Part shown: piece by piece, positions 48,505 to 57,627 of the stretch
Layout of the letters: each line of letters begins with the position of its first letter
Position numbering within the stretch: the first letter of the stretch is position 1
NCBI GenBank assembly: GCA_964489065.1
Contig: CAZAXH010000007.1
Location: forward strand, 74,672 to 138,671
Length of the DNA: 64,000 nucleotides
Reading direction: 5' to 3'
From: an uncultured Planctomycetales bacterium
Lineage (GTDB): Bacteria; Omnitrophota; Gorgyraeia; Zapsychrales; JANLHA01
Notes under the pieces: model-generated
What the model was told of the DNA's origin: nothing
Databases searched by the model: none
What the model saw: the letters and a program-made list of their open reading frames with translations, nothing else
Translations under genes and position numbers: made by a program

Positions 48505-49143
48505 CTAACGAAAGTTCCGATAAAAAAACGGCTGATTCACGATAAACGAAACCCCGAAAAAAAGCGCGAAGAAGGCAACCTGCCTTAAAATGAAAATATT
48601 TATACTGGTAATGTAAGCGACCAGAAAAAAAGAAAACACAAGAGTAAACCGGTAAATTCTATCCAAGTGGTACATCGTGTCAACGAGAGAAGGAATTTTA
48701 TGCCTTTCACTATATATCTCCCCGATCTGATACAACGTGGTCTTGGCAAGGATTTCCGGGGAAAAATCCCGTTCAATAAAATATAGGCTGATATCGGCAA
48801 TGTGGCTCTTCTTGACTGTTAACGTCCTAAAGAAAAGAAACAAACCGGCCAACGCCGGCACGGCAAGGGCATAGCTCTTCATCTCGAAAGCCAAAGAACA
48901 TAAAGCACCCATGCCGATGCCAAGGCACCACAGCAGCATTTCACACCGCCGTATGGCCCGATAGGCGGATTGGATGCCCGGCAGGCCGTCGCTCCTCACT
49001 TTAAACGACGGCTGCAGAATCAGGAATAAAAACCACCGACTGACGTATTTGTCAACCAAAATCGTGCTTCTTAACCCTTCCCTTGTGCAAAGGGGTATCA
49101 TCATGTTCCGGTATCCGTGTGCGTAAATTGCCTGTTGCGGCAT
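48505..49143 (-). CDS. polytopic membrane protein, convergent partner of radical SAM paralog 2
   Basis: 212 aa; homologous block with 30250..30882 (FSPEILAKTTLYQIGEIYSERHKIPSLVD). Confidence 0.45.
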   Translation of the reverse strand: MPQQAIYAHGYRNMMIPLCTREGLRSTILVDKYVSRWFLFLILQPSFKVRSDGLPGIQSAYRAIRRCEMLLWCLGIGMGALCSLAFEMKSYALAVPALAGLFLFFRTLTVKKSHIADISLYFIERDFSPEILAKTTLYQIGEIYSERHKIPSLVDTMYHLDRIYRFTLVFSFFLVAYITSINIFILRQVAFFALFFGVSFIVNQPFFYRNFR

Positions 49144-49452
49144 AAGGAATATTCTTTAAAAACCGGGATTTATTATAAAACAATCCTTCATAAACCGCCA
49201 TCCTATTCTATTTAATTAAAGGCCATGTCCCATCTTAACTTTTTTCATCAGCAAATATCTTTTGGCAAGCCCCGACACAGTCCGCAAGCATTTTTTATCC
49301 TTTGCTCTCCCGGCCGCTGATGACCCGCGTTGCTGAGGTGGGCCGTGTCGGCGTCTCGAACTTTTTAAAAAGACTGGAAAAATTTATTTAATATGATTAT
49401 AATGGAAAATATTTAATTTCTTAAACTGCGGTTAACCGTCAATTATCCCATT

Positions 49453-51630
49453 ATGGATTCCAGAATTATCTCTGTATTCAGCAATAAAGGCGGGGTGGGA
49501 AAAACTTTTTTTGCCGTTAATCTGGCGACCTCACTGGCCGTTTCCGGGAGAAGGGTTCTTCTTTTGGATTTTGATATCCAGGCCAGTGACGACATGCCGC
49601 GCATGTTAGGCATTTCCCCCCGGCAGTCTCTTGTTCAGCTTTTTAAAGAGTGCCCGGACCCCGAGGCTCTCACCGTTAATGCCATCAGGAAATTCGTCAC
49701 GTCACATTCGTCCGGGCTTGATTTTCTGCCGGCGATTCTCTCGACCCAGGAAATCAGCACCCTCGCAGCCCAAGACCTCAAACCATTCTTTAAAACGGCT
49801 TCTCAACTTTATGATTACGTCATTATTGATCTGGGCCAGTCGTTCAACGAAACCATGCTCGGGGTTTTGGATCATTCCAGTTTAATCCTGCTTCTGGCCA
49901 CCCCGGATATTTTAGCCGTCTACCAGCTCCGCTGGTGCATCAAAATTCTTGAAGACATGCACTTCCCGCTCCAAATGGTGAAACTGGTCCTGAACCGCTC
50001 TGAAAGCCAAGGCGGTGTCGCCTGGCAGGAAGTCAGAGATGCGGTGGATATCGATATTATCGGGCGCATTCCTTCCGACGGAATCGGCGTGGGCAAGGCG
50101 CTGGAACATGGGGTTCCTTCAGTGATGGACAGCCCTAAAAGCCCGGTGGCCGATTCATTCCGGAAAATCATCAATGAATTAAAGAAATCAGACTTATATC
50201 TCCAAATCAAGGAAACCGAACGAAGCCACATTCCCACGGATAAATTTGAAGAGCCAAAAGAATTTTGGGAGCAAATCAGCAGCGAGAATAAACCGGATGA
50301 GGCGAAAAGCCAGGAAACCGCCGCGCTGAAGGAGTTGTTAGCCCTGAAACGCAGGATCCAGAACCGGTTGGTCTCCAGATTAAACCTGGAATCACTGACG
50401 CCGGAGCATTTCACCGACCCGGTCAAAGCCCAGGAACTCAAGGAAATGGGAAGAAAAATCGTCAGCTCCCTCCTGCTGGAAGAAACCGGAGCGTTCATTT
50501 CATCCCACGAAGAACGGGCAAAAATCGTAAATGATATCGTGAATGAAACATTCGGGCTCGGTGTCCTGGAAGTCGTCATGGAAGACCCGGCTGTATCCGA
50601 CATCATGGTCAACAGTTGCAATGAAATTTACATTGAAAAAGAAGGGCAATTGGTTCTCACAGATCACAGGTTCGTGTCAGACCAGCAGCTGCGGGCCATC
50701 ATTAACCGGATCATCGCCCCTTTGGGGCGCCGTATCGACGAATCCAACCCCATGGTGGACGCCCGTCTCCCGGACGGGTCCCGCTTTAACGCGATTATCC
50801 CGCCTCTGTGTTTAACCGGGGCGGCCGTTACGATCAGAAAATTCGGCGCCGAAAAGCTCTCTGTTGATGACATCGTGGAAAAATTCCAAAGCTTGTCCGT
50901 CCCGATCCGCGACTTTCTCTACGCGTGCGTTCTGGGACGCATGAATGTCATCATTTCCGGCGGAACAGGCTCGGGGAAAACGACCCTATTGAACGTCCTA
51001 TCCGAATTCATTCCGGATGGAGAACGCATCATTACCATTGAGGACGCGGCCGAATTGCAGCTTAAAAAAGAGCACTGGTGCCGCCTGGAATCCAGGCCAG
51101 CCAACGTGGAAGGCGTCGGAGAAGTGACTCTGCGGGATCTGTTCGTCAACACCCTGCGTATGCGCCCGGATCGGATCGTCATCGGGGAATGCCGCGGGCC
51201 GGAAGTCCTGGACATGCTGCAGGCCATGAACACCGGGCACGACGGTTCCATGACCACCCTGCACGCCAACTCCACACGGGACGTTTTGATCCGGATGAGT
51301 TCCATGATCCTGCTCAGCGGGATTGAGCTCCCCATGCGGGCTATTAACGAAATGATGTCGTCCGCCATCAACGTTATCGTCCACATGGCCCGGTTTACGG
51401 ACGGGTCCAGGAAAATTACTGGCGTCACGGAAATCGCGGGAATCGATTCCGAGCATGAGCTTGTGCTCAAGGACGTCTTTCGGTTCCGGCAGACCGGGCG
51501 GGACCCCTCCGGCAAGGTGCTGGGTGTTTATGAAAACTGCAATTATATCCCCAAATGCGCGGAAGAAATCATCACCAAAGGGATTAAACTGGATAAAAAT
51601 ATTTTTTTGGCTACACCCGGGACGGCATAA
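49453..51630 (+). CDS. fusion ATPase: ParA/MinD (CpaE/TadZ-like) domain + CpaF/TadA (VirB11-family) secretion ATPase
   Basis: N-terminal deviant Walker A SNKGGVGKT; C-terminal GGTGSGKTT, Asp/His boxes (..IVIGECRGPE.., ..GHDGSMTTLHANS..). Confidence 0.8.
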   Translation: MDSRIISVFSNKGGVGKTFFAVNLATSLAVSGRRVLLLDFDIQASDDMPRMLGISPRQSLVQLFKECPDPEALTVNAIRKFVTSHSSGLDFLPAILSTQEISTLAAQDLKPFFKTASQLYDYVIIDLGQSFNETMLGVLDHSSLILLLATPDILAVYQLRWCIKILEDMHFPLQMVKLVLNRSESQGGVAWQEVRDAVDIDIIGRIPSDGIGVGKALEHGVPSVMDSPKSPVADSFRKIINELKKSDLYLQIKETERSHIPTDKFEEPKEFWEQISSENKPDEAKSQETAALKELLALKRRIQNRLVSRLNLESLTPEHFTDPVKAQELKEMGRKIVSSLLLEETGAFISSHEERAKIVNDIVNETFGLGVLEVVMEDPAVSDIMVNSCNEIYIEKEGQLVLTDHRFVSDQQLRAIINRIIAPLGRRIDESNPMVDARLPDGSRFNAIIPPLCLTGAAVTIRKFGAEKLSVDDIVEKFQSLSVPIRDFLYACVLGRMNVIISGGTGSGKTTLLNVLSEFIPDGERIITIEDAAELQLKKEHWCRLESRPANVEGVGEVTLRDLFVNTLRMRPDRIVIGECRGPEVLDMLQAMNTGHDGSMTTLHANSTRDVLIRMSSMILLSGIELPMRAINEMMSSAINVIVHMARFTDGSRKITGVTEIAGIDSEHELVLKDVFRFRQTGRDPSGKVLGVYENCNYIPKCAEEIITKGIKLDKNIFLATPGTA

Positions 51631-51645
51631 AACAGGTTCCATATT

Positions 51646-53835
51646 ATGAGCGCAAAGACCATTACATTTTTCAGCAACAAAGGCGGGGAGGGGAAAACCT
51701 TTATCGCGGCGAACACGGCCACGGCGCTGGCTTTATCGAAACACAAAGTTTTACTGCTGGAATTAAACTTCCAGTCCGCTCATGATATTGACAAGATGCT
51801 TCACCTCCCCTGCCGTTACGGCCTGGTCAACATCATCAATCAGGTCGAAACGACGGACAATCCGGAACTGATCCGCAAAGTGGTTATCAACCACTCCAGC
51901 GGGCTGGATTTCTTGCCGACAATATTAAATACGTCTCAGATTTCCCATTTCTCTCCCGCTCAAATCAGAGCTTTTTTCAAGATCACCCGCGGCATGTACG
52001 ACTTCATTATTGTTGACGCGCCCCGCGCTTTCAGTGAAGCGCTTTTAACGGTTCTGCAAAACTCCAATCTTATTATTCTGGTTTCAACGCCCGATGACCT
52101 CGCCATTCATAAACTCCAAAGAAGCTTGGGGATGTTGAAACGGATGCAATTGCCCAACGACATGATTAAACTCGTCGTGAACCGGGCCTCCAGCCGCAGC
52201 GCCATGGATGACGAGGCCATCCAGAAACAGCTGGAAGTACCCATCCTGGCCCGCGTCCCTTCCGACGGAAAAACCGTTGGCCTGGCCTTGAACCGCGGAG
52301 TGCCTTGTGTGATGGACAGCCCTCACAGCGAAGTGAGCCAGGCCATAAAAAAACTAGCCGATGAGCTGAAACGGGATGACATCTTTGCTGAAGTGCTGGG
52401 GGGGCCGGCCCATGTTGACATGTCCCAGCATGTGAAACCCACCGAGAATCTGTGGGAAAAGCTGGGCGGTTCGCAATCCGGGCCGGACGTGACGCAAACG
52501 ATTGAAATCGACCAGGAAGATGAAGAGACCAAGTTAAAAAAAGAAATTCACGAAAAACTCATCCAGGTCATGAACATGGACCATCTGAGTCCGGAGGCCT
52601 TGCAGGATAAACAGCAAACCCAGGAACTCCGCAAAAAAGCTAACACGGTCGTTAACGAACTTTTAAAAGAAGCCCGCCCGGAAATGATACAAAAAGAGGA
52701 AGAACGAAAACGCCTGGCGCTGGTCATTGTCAGCGAGGCGTTTGGTTTGGGGGCCCTGGAAGAATTCCTGGAGGACAGCGAGATTTCCGATATTATGGTG
52801 AACGGCCAGCGGCAAACATTTATCGAAAAGAAAGGGAAACTGACCCGCACAGACGCGAAGTTCGTTTCCGAAATGCAAATGCGTTCGATTATTGACCGCA
52901 TTATTGCCCCGTTAGGCCGCCGCATTGATGAATCCACCCCCATGGTGGACGCGCGCCTCCCGGACGGCTCCCGCTTTAACGCGATCATCCCCCCCCTCTC
53001 TTTGACCGGGCCGGTGATTACGATCCGGAAATTCGGGCGGGAGCGGCCCACAGTGGATGACCTTCTGAATAAATTCCACAGCATCAACGAAGATATGCGC
53101 AATTTCCTGGAAGCGTGCGTTAAAGGACGGAAGAATATTATCGTTTCCGGAGGAACCGGGTCGGGGAAAACAACGCTTCTCAACATCATCTCCACCTTTA
53201 TCCCCGACAAAGAACGCATTGTCACCATTGAAGACGCTGCGGAACTCCGGATCAACAAACGCCACTGGCTCCGGCTGGAATCCCGCCCGGCCAACATTGA
53301 AGGGAAAGGCCGTGTGCCCATCCGGACTCTTTTTATGAACAGCCTGCACATGCGCCCCGACCGTATTATCGTCGGGGAGTGCCGCGGGCCGGAAATTCTG
53401 GACATGCTCCAGGCCATGAACACCGGGCATGACGGGTCCATGACCACCCTGCACGCGAACTCCACAAAAGACGTGCTCGTGCGCATGAGTTCCATGATCC
53501 TCCTGGCCGGCGTGGACCTCCCCATGCGGGCGATCAACGAAATGATCTCCACCGCACTGGACGTCATTGTCCATGTCAACCGTTTCGCGGACGGTACCCG
53601 GAAAGTCGTGGAAATCACCGAAGTCACAGGCCTGAACGAAGAACACTATTTGGAACTCAAGGACATTTTCCTCTTTAACCAGCAGGGGACCGACGCGAAC
53701 GGAACGATCCTGGGAGATTACGAAGCGACCGGCTACGTGCCGCGGTGTTATGAAGAATTTAAAGTCATGGGGATTGACCTGGATCCCGGCATCTTCAAAC
53801 CCAAATCAAAACCTTCCCCCCCGCCCCCCGTGTGA
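51646..53835 (+). CDS. fusion ATPase paralog: ParA/MinD-like + CpaF/TadA-like
   Basis: Same architecture as 49453..51630 (SNKGGEGKT ... GGTGSGKTT ... GHDGSMTTLHANS); 16-nt intergenic gap. Confidence 0.8.
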   Translation: MSAKTITFFSNKGGEGKTFIAANTATALALSKHKVLLLELNFQSAHDIDKMLHLPCRYGLVNIINQVETTDNPELIRKVVINHSSGLDFLPTILNTSQISHFSPAQIRAFFKITRGMYDFIIVDAPRAFSEALLTVLQNSNLIILVSTPDDLAIHKLQRSLGMLKRMQLPNDMIKLVVNRASSRSAMDDEAIQKQLEVPILARVPSDGKTVGLALNRGVPCVMDSPHSEVSQAIKKLADELKRDDIFAEVLGGPAHVDMSQHVKPTENLWEKLGGSQSGPDVTQTIEIDQEDEETKLKKEIHEKLIQVMNMDHLSPEALQDKQQTQELRKKANTVVNELLKEARPEMIQKEEERKRLALVIVSEAFGLGALEEFLEDSEISDIMVNGQRQTFIEKKGKLTRTDAKFVSEMQMRSIIDRIIAPLGRRIDESTPMVDARLPDGSRFNAIIPPLSLTGPVITIRKFGRERPTVDDLLNKFHSINEDMRNFLEACVKGRKNIIVSGGTGSGKTTLLNIISTFIPDKERIVTIEDAAELRINKRHWLRLESRPANIEGKGRVPIRTLFMNSLHMRPDRIIVGECRGPEILDMLQAMNTGHDGSMTTLHANSTKDVLVRMSSMILLAGVDLPMRAINEMISTALDVIVHVNRFADGTRKVVEITEVTGLNEEHYLELKDIFLFNQQGTDANGTILGDYEATGYVPRCYEEFKVMGIDLDPGIFKPKSKPSPPPPV

Positions 53836-53877
53836 ATCCTCGAACCCAATTCTCAAGGATGAACGCGACCCATAAAC

Positions 53878-54723
53878 TCATTTTTTACCGGGTTGAAATT
53901 TCCGGATAAGATTTCCTTCAAAACGCCAGTGCCATGGCTCATAAGCAATGCCATGGGTAGAAGATTTCGGATAAGACAGGACAAAACCAAACTGCCGGGC
54001 GTTTTTCAAAAGCCAGCGATATTCCTCCAAGGCTTCAAACTCGGCGGGGTCGTCTTTCCCATTAATCCCATCCCGGCTGATAAAATCAACCGCCTGAAAT
54101 TCAGGCGCGCCGTGTTCGCTATACCCGGGTAAAGCCACAAATTGAGCGGTCTCCCGGATCGAGTATCCGTGATTCCGCAAATAAAAAACAAACAGATATA
54201 ACTGATACGCGCTTGACCGGTATCCGGACTCAATCAGCAGGCGCTTCCCGATATCCTTTTCCATCTTATCCATCATCGCTGAATACTGCTGATAAACACG
54301 GGGAGGCAGAAACTGCGGCAAAAGCTCTCTTTCCTCCTTATCCGTACCTTCCTTCTTATGGTCCCGAACCTTGACCTTCTGGCCGGTGATCCGGACCATA
54401 TCTTCCTCTCCGGTCGAAATCCCCCGAAAGGGGATTTTCACATCAAGGTCCCGGGCGTTGAGCTTTTCGAATTGTTTTAAAAAAGACTTTTGATCCGCGC
54501 TTAAAGGAGCATAAAGTTCCTCAAAGGTCAATTTAGCCCGGGTTCTCATCCTGTCCCTCTGGATAATAACCGGCTCTAGGTCTGCGATCAGCCGCTTGAC
54601 TTTCTGAATATCAGGGTCAGAAAGCTTATCAAGATTAAGCTCTGCGCACACGGGGAAAGACAGCAGGGACAAAAAACAAAATAAAGGCCCAAAAAACAAA
54701 ACATAAATTCGGCGCATCTTCAT
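53878..54723 (-). CDS. D-alanyl-D-alanine carboxypeptidase, peptidase M15 (VanY-like), secreted
   Basis: Signal peptide; SxHxxGxAxD (SEHGAPEFQAVD) and EPWHWRF zinc-ligand motifs. Confidence 0.8.
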   Translation of the reverse strand: MKMRRIYVLFFGPLFCFLSLLSFPVCAELNLDKLSDPDIQKVKRLIADLEPVIIQRDRMRTRAKLTFEELYAPLSADQKSFLKQFEKLNARDLDVKIPFRGISTGEEDMVRITGQKVKVRDHKKEGTDKEERELLPQFLPPRVYQQYSAMMDKMEKDIGKRLLIESGYRSSAYQLYLFVFYLRNHGYSIRETAQFVALPGYSEHGAPEFQAVDFISRDGINGKDDPAEFEALEEYRWLLKNARQFGFVLSYPKSSTHGIAYEPWHWRFEGNLIRKFQPGKK

Positions 54724-54773
54724 AACGGCGCCCTCCTCTCAGACATTCTCTTGAATATCCCCCACGCCCATCA

Positions 54774-55808
54774 TCAAGATCCTGTGCCGTTGTTCCATAA
54801 AACCGGCTTACTCTCAATTATCATCCGCCAGCAACGGTGAACACAGCGGTTCCGGTAATCCTCCGGGATCGTCTTGGGAGTCAATTCTTTCAAATCTTTC
54901 ACGGGAAGGTCGTCTAAGCGGGGAGTAAACCGCTGATGATTCGTGGAAAAAAAAAGCACAGCCCCCGGGGCCAGGACCCGAATAACCTTTTCCAGCAGGG
55001 CGGGGTGTTCGCGGTTAATATCAAAAGCCTGCCCGTGACGGCGGTCCCGAAAAAATGAAGGTGGATCTACAAAAGCGAGCGAAAAACGCCGGCCGGAACG
55101 GATGACTTTATCGAGGTACGCCCCCACATCGGATTGAACCAAAGAGTGCTGGGAGCCCCAAAGGCCGTTCAACTCAAAATTGTCCCGAGCCCATTTCAGA
55201 TAAGTGGCGGAGCGGTCCACGGTAACCGTGCTTTTCGCCCCGCCCAGGGCTGCCGCGCAGCTGAAAGTCCCGGTATAGCCGTACAGGTTCAGGAAATCCT
55301 TCCCGGCGGCGCATGCCCTTATAATCATACGGGTGTCCCGGTGATCGGGAAAAAGCCCGGTATCCAGGAAACCGTCCAAGTCCACTAGAAAGCGGAGGTC
55401 TCTTTCCTGCACCTGAATATGCGCTCCGTCCCGGCCCGTTTTACGGTAGCGCGGCTGTCCGTCCTCCCCGCCGGTACGGCGGCGCTTCAGGTGCACATTT
55501 TCAGAAGGAACCCCCAAAACCGCGGCCACAGCCGCGGCCATTTGAGGAAGCCATCGCGGCCCGGTCTGCCAGCGCACATATTCCCCCACGACCAGGTGGC
55601 CGGCGTACCAGTCGACCACCGCCCGCACCTCCGGGATATCCCAATCGTAAAGCCGGAAACATTCAATATTCTGCCGGGCAAAGCGCTTTCGCATATGCTG
55701 ATAGCGTTTCAGCACACGATTGGACAAAATTTCGGCGTGATGCCGGGTCTTTTCCGGCGTCACCGAGTTAGGCTGTGATTTCATAGGACAATTTCTATCT
55801 TGAGGCAT
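54774..55808 (-). CDS. class I SAM-dependent RNA methyltransferase (RlmI/RlmK-like)
   Basis: ..NLYGYTGTFSCAAALGGA.. SAM-binding and ..FVDPPSF.. DPPxF catalytic motif. Confidence 0.5.
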   Translation of the reverse strand: MPQDRNCPMKSQPNSVTPEKTRHHAEILSNRVLKRYQHMRKRFARQNIECFRLYDWDIPEVRAVVDWYAGHLVVGEYVRWQTGPRWLPQMAAAVAAVLGVPSENVHLKRRRTGGEDGQPRYRKTGRDGAHIQVQERDLRFLVDLDGFLDTGLFPDHRDTRMIIRACAAGKDFLNLYGYTGTFSCAAALGGAKSTVTVDRSATYLKWARDNFELNGLWGSQHSLVQSDVGAYLDKVIRSGRRFSLAFVDPPSFFRDRRHGQAFDINREHPALLEKVIRVLAPGAVLFFSTNHQRFTPRLDDLPVKDLKELTPKTIPEDYRNRCVHRCWRMIIESKPVLWNNGTGS

Positions 55809-55878
55809 CAGGTCCCCTCTCAGGAAAAAAATATTCTGCCAGCCGACGGCATACTAACCTTTCAACGCACGGATGCTC

Positions 55879-56532
55879 TCACGTTGCCTTAGGCCCGTCA
55901 TCCAGCCGGGTCACTTTAAATTTCACTTTACCGCCGTCCGGGCACGTAATCCCGGTCTTACAATTGGGATCTTTTTCAAAACTAAATTTCGCGCCGAAAT
56001 TCATTTCAAATAAAACCGGAAACAATAAATGATACGCCGCGCCGCACATCCCCTCGGGCGTCCGCAAGCCTTTAACCTCCCATTTATCCCCGACTTGATA
56101 ACCGTACGAACACGTATTATCGCTATACTCCACTTCGATGAGCATCTTTTTAGGATTCGGGCCCTTGGGCTTCTCCTTTTGCGGCTCCACGACAACCCGG
56201 CCGTTTTCATCGAGCACCTCGACCTTAAAAGCCATCTTCCCGCCATCCGGGCAGGTCGTGCACAAAGATGCGGTGTTTTCCATAAACGGGAACCGGCCGC
56301 CGAAAGTGAGGGCGTGCATACAGGGGAACGCCGCATGCGCGATGGCCAGGCAGAAATGCTCCGGCGCGTGAGTAAAGTCATCCAGGATAAACTCATCCCC
56401 CACTTTATAATGGTGATAACAAAATCCATCGTCATTTTTCAAGACTGTAAATTTTAGTTTCGGGAAACAGGTCCTGGCCAGTTTCACATCCTTTTCTTTT
56501 TGCTCACAGGACATCTTGTGTTCACACATCAT
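55879..56532 (-). CDS. tandem-duplicated Cys-rich small-domain protein (TIGR04076-like)
   Basis: AGGGAGG RBS; two ~95-aa repeats each with C..Y.[HG]Y.VGD[EK][FW] and C-x2-5-CPDGGK motifs. Confidence 0.45.
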   Translation of the reverse strand: MMCEHKMSCEQKEKDVKLARTCFPKLKFTVLKNDDGFCYHHYKVGDEFILDDFTHAPEHFCLAIAHAAFPCMHALTFGGRFPFMENTASLCTTCPDGGKMAFKVEVLDENGRVVVEPQKEKPKGPNPKKMLIEVEYSDNTCSYGYQVGDKWEVKGLRTPEGMCGAAYHLLFPVLFEMNFGAKFSFEKDPNCKTGITCPDGGKVKFKVTRLDDGPKAT

Positions 56533-56616
56533 AACCTCCCTTGTTAACATCTCACGTCATGGTTGCAGACAGCGCGCTGACTTTGTGTTATAAAAATTCC
56601 AAGAAAGAACCCTAAT

Positions 56617-57105
56617 ATGGTATCATTAATTATCAACGAAAACAAAAATTATCGCAACGGGAATTGTAGCCGGGCCATGAAAAATTTCTTTATGTCTCCT
56701 TTCCAAAAGACTGACTTCGCTGAATATTTCAAAAAAGCCGATGAAAAAGGGAAATTCCTTCAGGCCTGGAAAAAACACGGGCTGGCCGTCCTAGAATCAC
56801 TCCAGATGAACCATAACCCGAATATCTGCTTAGATGGGGTTCACGAATACTACGCTCAACAAGCCCGGCCCCGGGATGCCGCCCAAATGATGGACCGAAT
56901 ATCAAATTTCCTCGAAGCCCGGATTAAATCATCCGCGTTATCCGTTCATTTTGAACTCTCCGCTGACGGGCCAAGTCTGTGCATTATCTGTCAGCGCCAG
57001 CACCGGACATGGAATGAAGGAGAAAGTTTACGGATTATCCGGGTTGAAGCCCATGATTTTCGGGGCTGTGTCAGCAGTAACGACTGGGTCGCGCATCTGG
57101 AATAA
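56617..57105 (+). CDS. hypothetical protein
   Basis: 162 aa ORF, no recognisable motif; start may be internal Met (MKNFF...). Confidence 0.3.
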   Translation: MVSLIINENKNYRNGNCSRAMKNFFMSPFQKTDFAEYFKKADEKGKFLQAWKKHGLAVLESLQMNHNPNICLDGVHEYYAQQARPRDAAQMMDRISNFLEARIKSSALSVHFELSADGPSLCIICQRQHRTWNEGESLRIIRVEAHDFRGCVSSNDWVAHLE

Positions 57106-57543
57106 ATTCTCCCGCCGGATCGGGCGTCTCTTCTCTCAAAATCACGTAATCCGTTATATCTGAAACAGTATTATCTATTGTGAAAGATTTAAAAACGATT
57201 TTTGTATAATATCCATAAATTTTATTTAAAAATTTCAACATGTTGTAACATTTAAACATTGCTGTCCCATTTAGCTCAGGAAACTGTTTGTAGCCTTAAT
57301 CGTAGCTAAAGAATGGATTTGTTTGCTACAGGGGGGAGAATTTACACGGTCAATTTCTTGTATAAAAAATGCATAGGCTGTTCAGATTACAATTTTATGT
57401 CTTCAACATGTCTAAAATTTCTTAACTCTTTATGCTTGAAAGAAATTGAACATTTCAGGCAACGCCAATTTAGATGCGCAGGATATTTTAATAATTATTT
57501 TATAAGGTTAAATTATTAAAAATTAAATATTTCTCTTTAAATT

Positions 57544-57559
57544 TGGCATATTTTTTGCT
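57544..57559 (+). promoter_or_regulatory. sigma-54 (-24/-12) promoter for PEP-CTERM gene
   Basis: TGGCAT-atttt-TTGCT: exact match to TGGCAC-N5-TTGCW spacing, ~70 nt upstream of ATG 57628 inside a 520-bp AT-rich spacer. Confidence 0.55.
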
Positions 57560-57627
57560 TATTTTTATTTTAAAGAATAAATTTAATAGCCCAGATAATC
57601 TTAAAAACCCCAGAGGAGTTTCAGGAG

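Noticed and set aside
49920-53646. Long antisense ORFs (49920..50621, 50919..51515, 50998..51642, 52548..53627, 52912..53646) on the minus strand inside the two ParA-CpaF genes
   Set aside because: They lie entirely within strongly supported plus-strand ATPase genes, have no motifs and lack RBS. They are typical GC-rich antisense frame artefacts.
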